Shown: piece by piece, positions 5,041 to 5,656 of the stretch
Numbering within the stretch: the stretch's first letter is position 1
Layout of the letters: every line of letters starts with the position of its first letter
Virus record (IMG/VR): IMGVR_UViG_3300008807_000180
Location: 1 to 5,656 of that record
Length of the DNA stretch: 5,656 nucleotides
Reading direction: 5' to 3' (one strand)
Source of the DNA: a virus
Position numbers and translations under genes: made by a program
Notes under the pieces: model-generated
The model's input: the letters and a program-made list of their open reading frames with translations, nothing else
What the model was told of the DNA's origin: nothing
Database searches by the model: none

Positions 5041-5656
5041 TGTGCTTATTCCCAAAGTTAAGATTTAACAGGAAGTACACGGAAACGAAAAAAAACGGGG
5101 GGCATGTGCCCCCTGTTTCAGATGTAAGAACATTATATGTGCCTATAGCATGCGGAGAGTGCCTACAATGTAGAAAACAAAAATCACAGGAATGGACAGT
5201 AAGATTAATGGAGGATATAAAACACCACAAATACAAAAAATTCGTAACGCTGACACTCAGCAACGAGAGCTACACGAGCCTATGCCAAGAGGTAGTGGAG
5301 AAGTTATCGAAGGAGGTGGACAAAATAGAAATAAAAGGACTGGCAAAAAGGGAAAGCGACAAATTAAGGCAAAAGATACTAAAGAAGATGGAGGGGTACG
5401 GGCTGGACAACGAAGTAATAACGTTGGCGACACGAAGGTTTCTCGAAAGGGTAAGAAAGCGTACAGGAAAAAGCGTGAGGCATTGGCTGGTAAGCGAGCT
5501 GGGAGGAAAAGGGACAGAAAATATTCATCTGCATGGCATTGTTTACACAGAAGATTTAGAGCAATTAGAAAGAGACTGGAAATATGGCTTTATATGGAAG
5601 GGTTATTTGGTAAACGGAAAGCTGGAAAACTACGTAAACGGTAAGACTGTGAACTA
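5040..5656 (+). CDS. VP4: Replication initiator protein (Rep/VP4), N-terminal part; runs off the window end and continues at nt 100 (full length 1041 nt, 346 aa)
   Basis: ATG 5040-5042 overlaps the VP2 stop (TAATG). My translation is MCLFPKLRFNRKY...CGECLQC (5151-5171)...FVTLTLS (motif I, from 5241)...HLHGIVY (HUH-type motif II, 5526-5546)...EQLERDWKYGF. It is in frame with 2..523. The ORF track omits it because no stop occurs before the window end. Confidence 0.93.
   Translation, partial: MCLFPKLRFNRKYTETKKNGGHVPPVSDVRTLYVPIACGECLQCRKQKSQEWTVRLMEDIKHHKYKKFVTLTLSNESYTSLCQEVVEKLSKEVDKIEIKGLAKRESDKLRQKILKKMEGYGLDNEVITLATRRFLERVRKRTGKSVRHWLVSELGGKGTENIHLHGIVYTEDLEQLERDWKYGFIWKGYLVNGKLENYVNGKTVN
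5093..5118 (+). other. Strong GC hairpin embedded in rep codons 18-27; candidate ssDNA origin/priming signal or attenuator
   Basis: AAACGGGGGGC (5093-5103) pairs with GCCCCCTGTTT (5108-5118). That gives 11 pairs including one G.T, around loop ATGT. An A8 tract (5088-5095) overlaps the first three stem bases, and the 3' arm ends in TTT. It is the most stable local structure I found in the window. Confidence 0.45.
5558..5656. repeat. Right copy of the 99-nt terminal redundancy (circular wrap-around)
   Basis: Base-by-base identical to 1-99. The offset of 5557 nt is the genome length. Confidence 0.97.

Larger units (their letters stand above)
1..5557 (+). mobile_element. One full unit of a circular ssDNA Microviridae phage genome (5557 nt), non-phiX type (Alpavirinae/Gokushovirinae-like)
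   Basis: nt 1-99 repeat exactly at 5558-5656, so the period is 5557. The Rep reading frame continues across the junction. VP1, VP2 and Rep homologues are all on one strand. Size is typical of Microviridae (4.4-6.5 kb). There is no flanking host sequence. Confidence 0.9.

Noticed and set aside
5088-5095. A8 tract in rep (and A8 at 1476-1483) as a slippery site feeding the alternate basic frame
   Set aside because: The alternate frame that contains ORF 5192..5644 is closed by TAG at 5171-5173, between the A8 tract and that ORF, so slippage here cannot access it. The 1476-1483 tract is non-coding leader.
8-5263. All ten minus-strand ORFs in the track (8..259, 33..239, 821..1057, 1083..1355, 1451..1633, 1682..1954, 3084..3296, 3692..3913, 3986..4207, 5024..5263)
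   Set aside because: Each lies antisense to a well-supported + strand gene. They are short (60-90 aa) and translate to Phe/Leu/Ser/Cys/Val-rich low-complexity strings, as expected from the complement of a purine-rich coding strand. Microviridae transcribe one strand only.
1-5656. Defence system, CRISPR array, tRNA/rRNA, toxin-antitoxin or other multi-gene cellular system
   Set aside because: No spaced repeat array, no cloverleaf-capable segment that I could recognise, and no nuclease, ATPase or methylase-like motifs. The whole window is accounted for by a minimal phage genome.

Overview
The window is one complete circular ssDNA Microviridae phage genome of 5557 nt, linearised inside its replication-initiator gene. 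It carries a 99-nt wrap-around: nt 1-99 are identical to nt 5558-5656. All credible genes lie on the + strand and are tightly packed. In circular order they are: Rep/VP4 (5040..5656 continuing into 100..523, 346 aa, HUH-type motifs visible); two possible mini-ORFs in a GC-rich spacer (528..650, 647..733); two ATGA-coupled hypothetical genes (755..1045, 1042..1410); a hairpin terminator; major capsid protein VP1 (1494..3461, 655 aa); a hairpin; a 113-aa small protein (3555..3896); and the VP2 pilot/minor capsid protein (3988..5040), whose stop overlaps the Rep start (TAATG). From memory, the gene content and VP1/VP2/Rep motifs look like gut Alpavirinae-like or Gokushovirinae-like microviruses rather than phiX-type, and leaders lacking Shine-Dalgarno sequences fit a Bacteroidota host. 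Both points need a database search. I see no tRNA, rRNA, CRISPR, integrase, host flank or multi-gene defence system. The items most worth follow-up are local. First, a strong GC hairpin is embedded in the first 80 nt of rep. Second, a GC-rich structured island (524-610) could alternatively encode a 40-aa basic peptide. Third, an ATGA-coupled 28-aa hydrophobic peptide is a candidate lysis or membrane peptide. Fourth, a 150-aa very basic ORF sits in an alternate frame of rep. Fifth, the function-unknown module lies between rep and VP1. Sixth, the virion-sense strand has a marked purine and ATA-codon bias. All functional assignments rest on motif recognition and position, not on a search.
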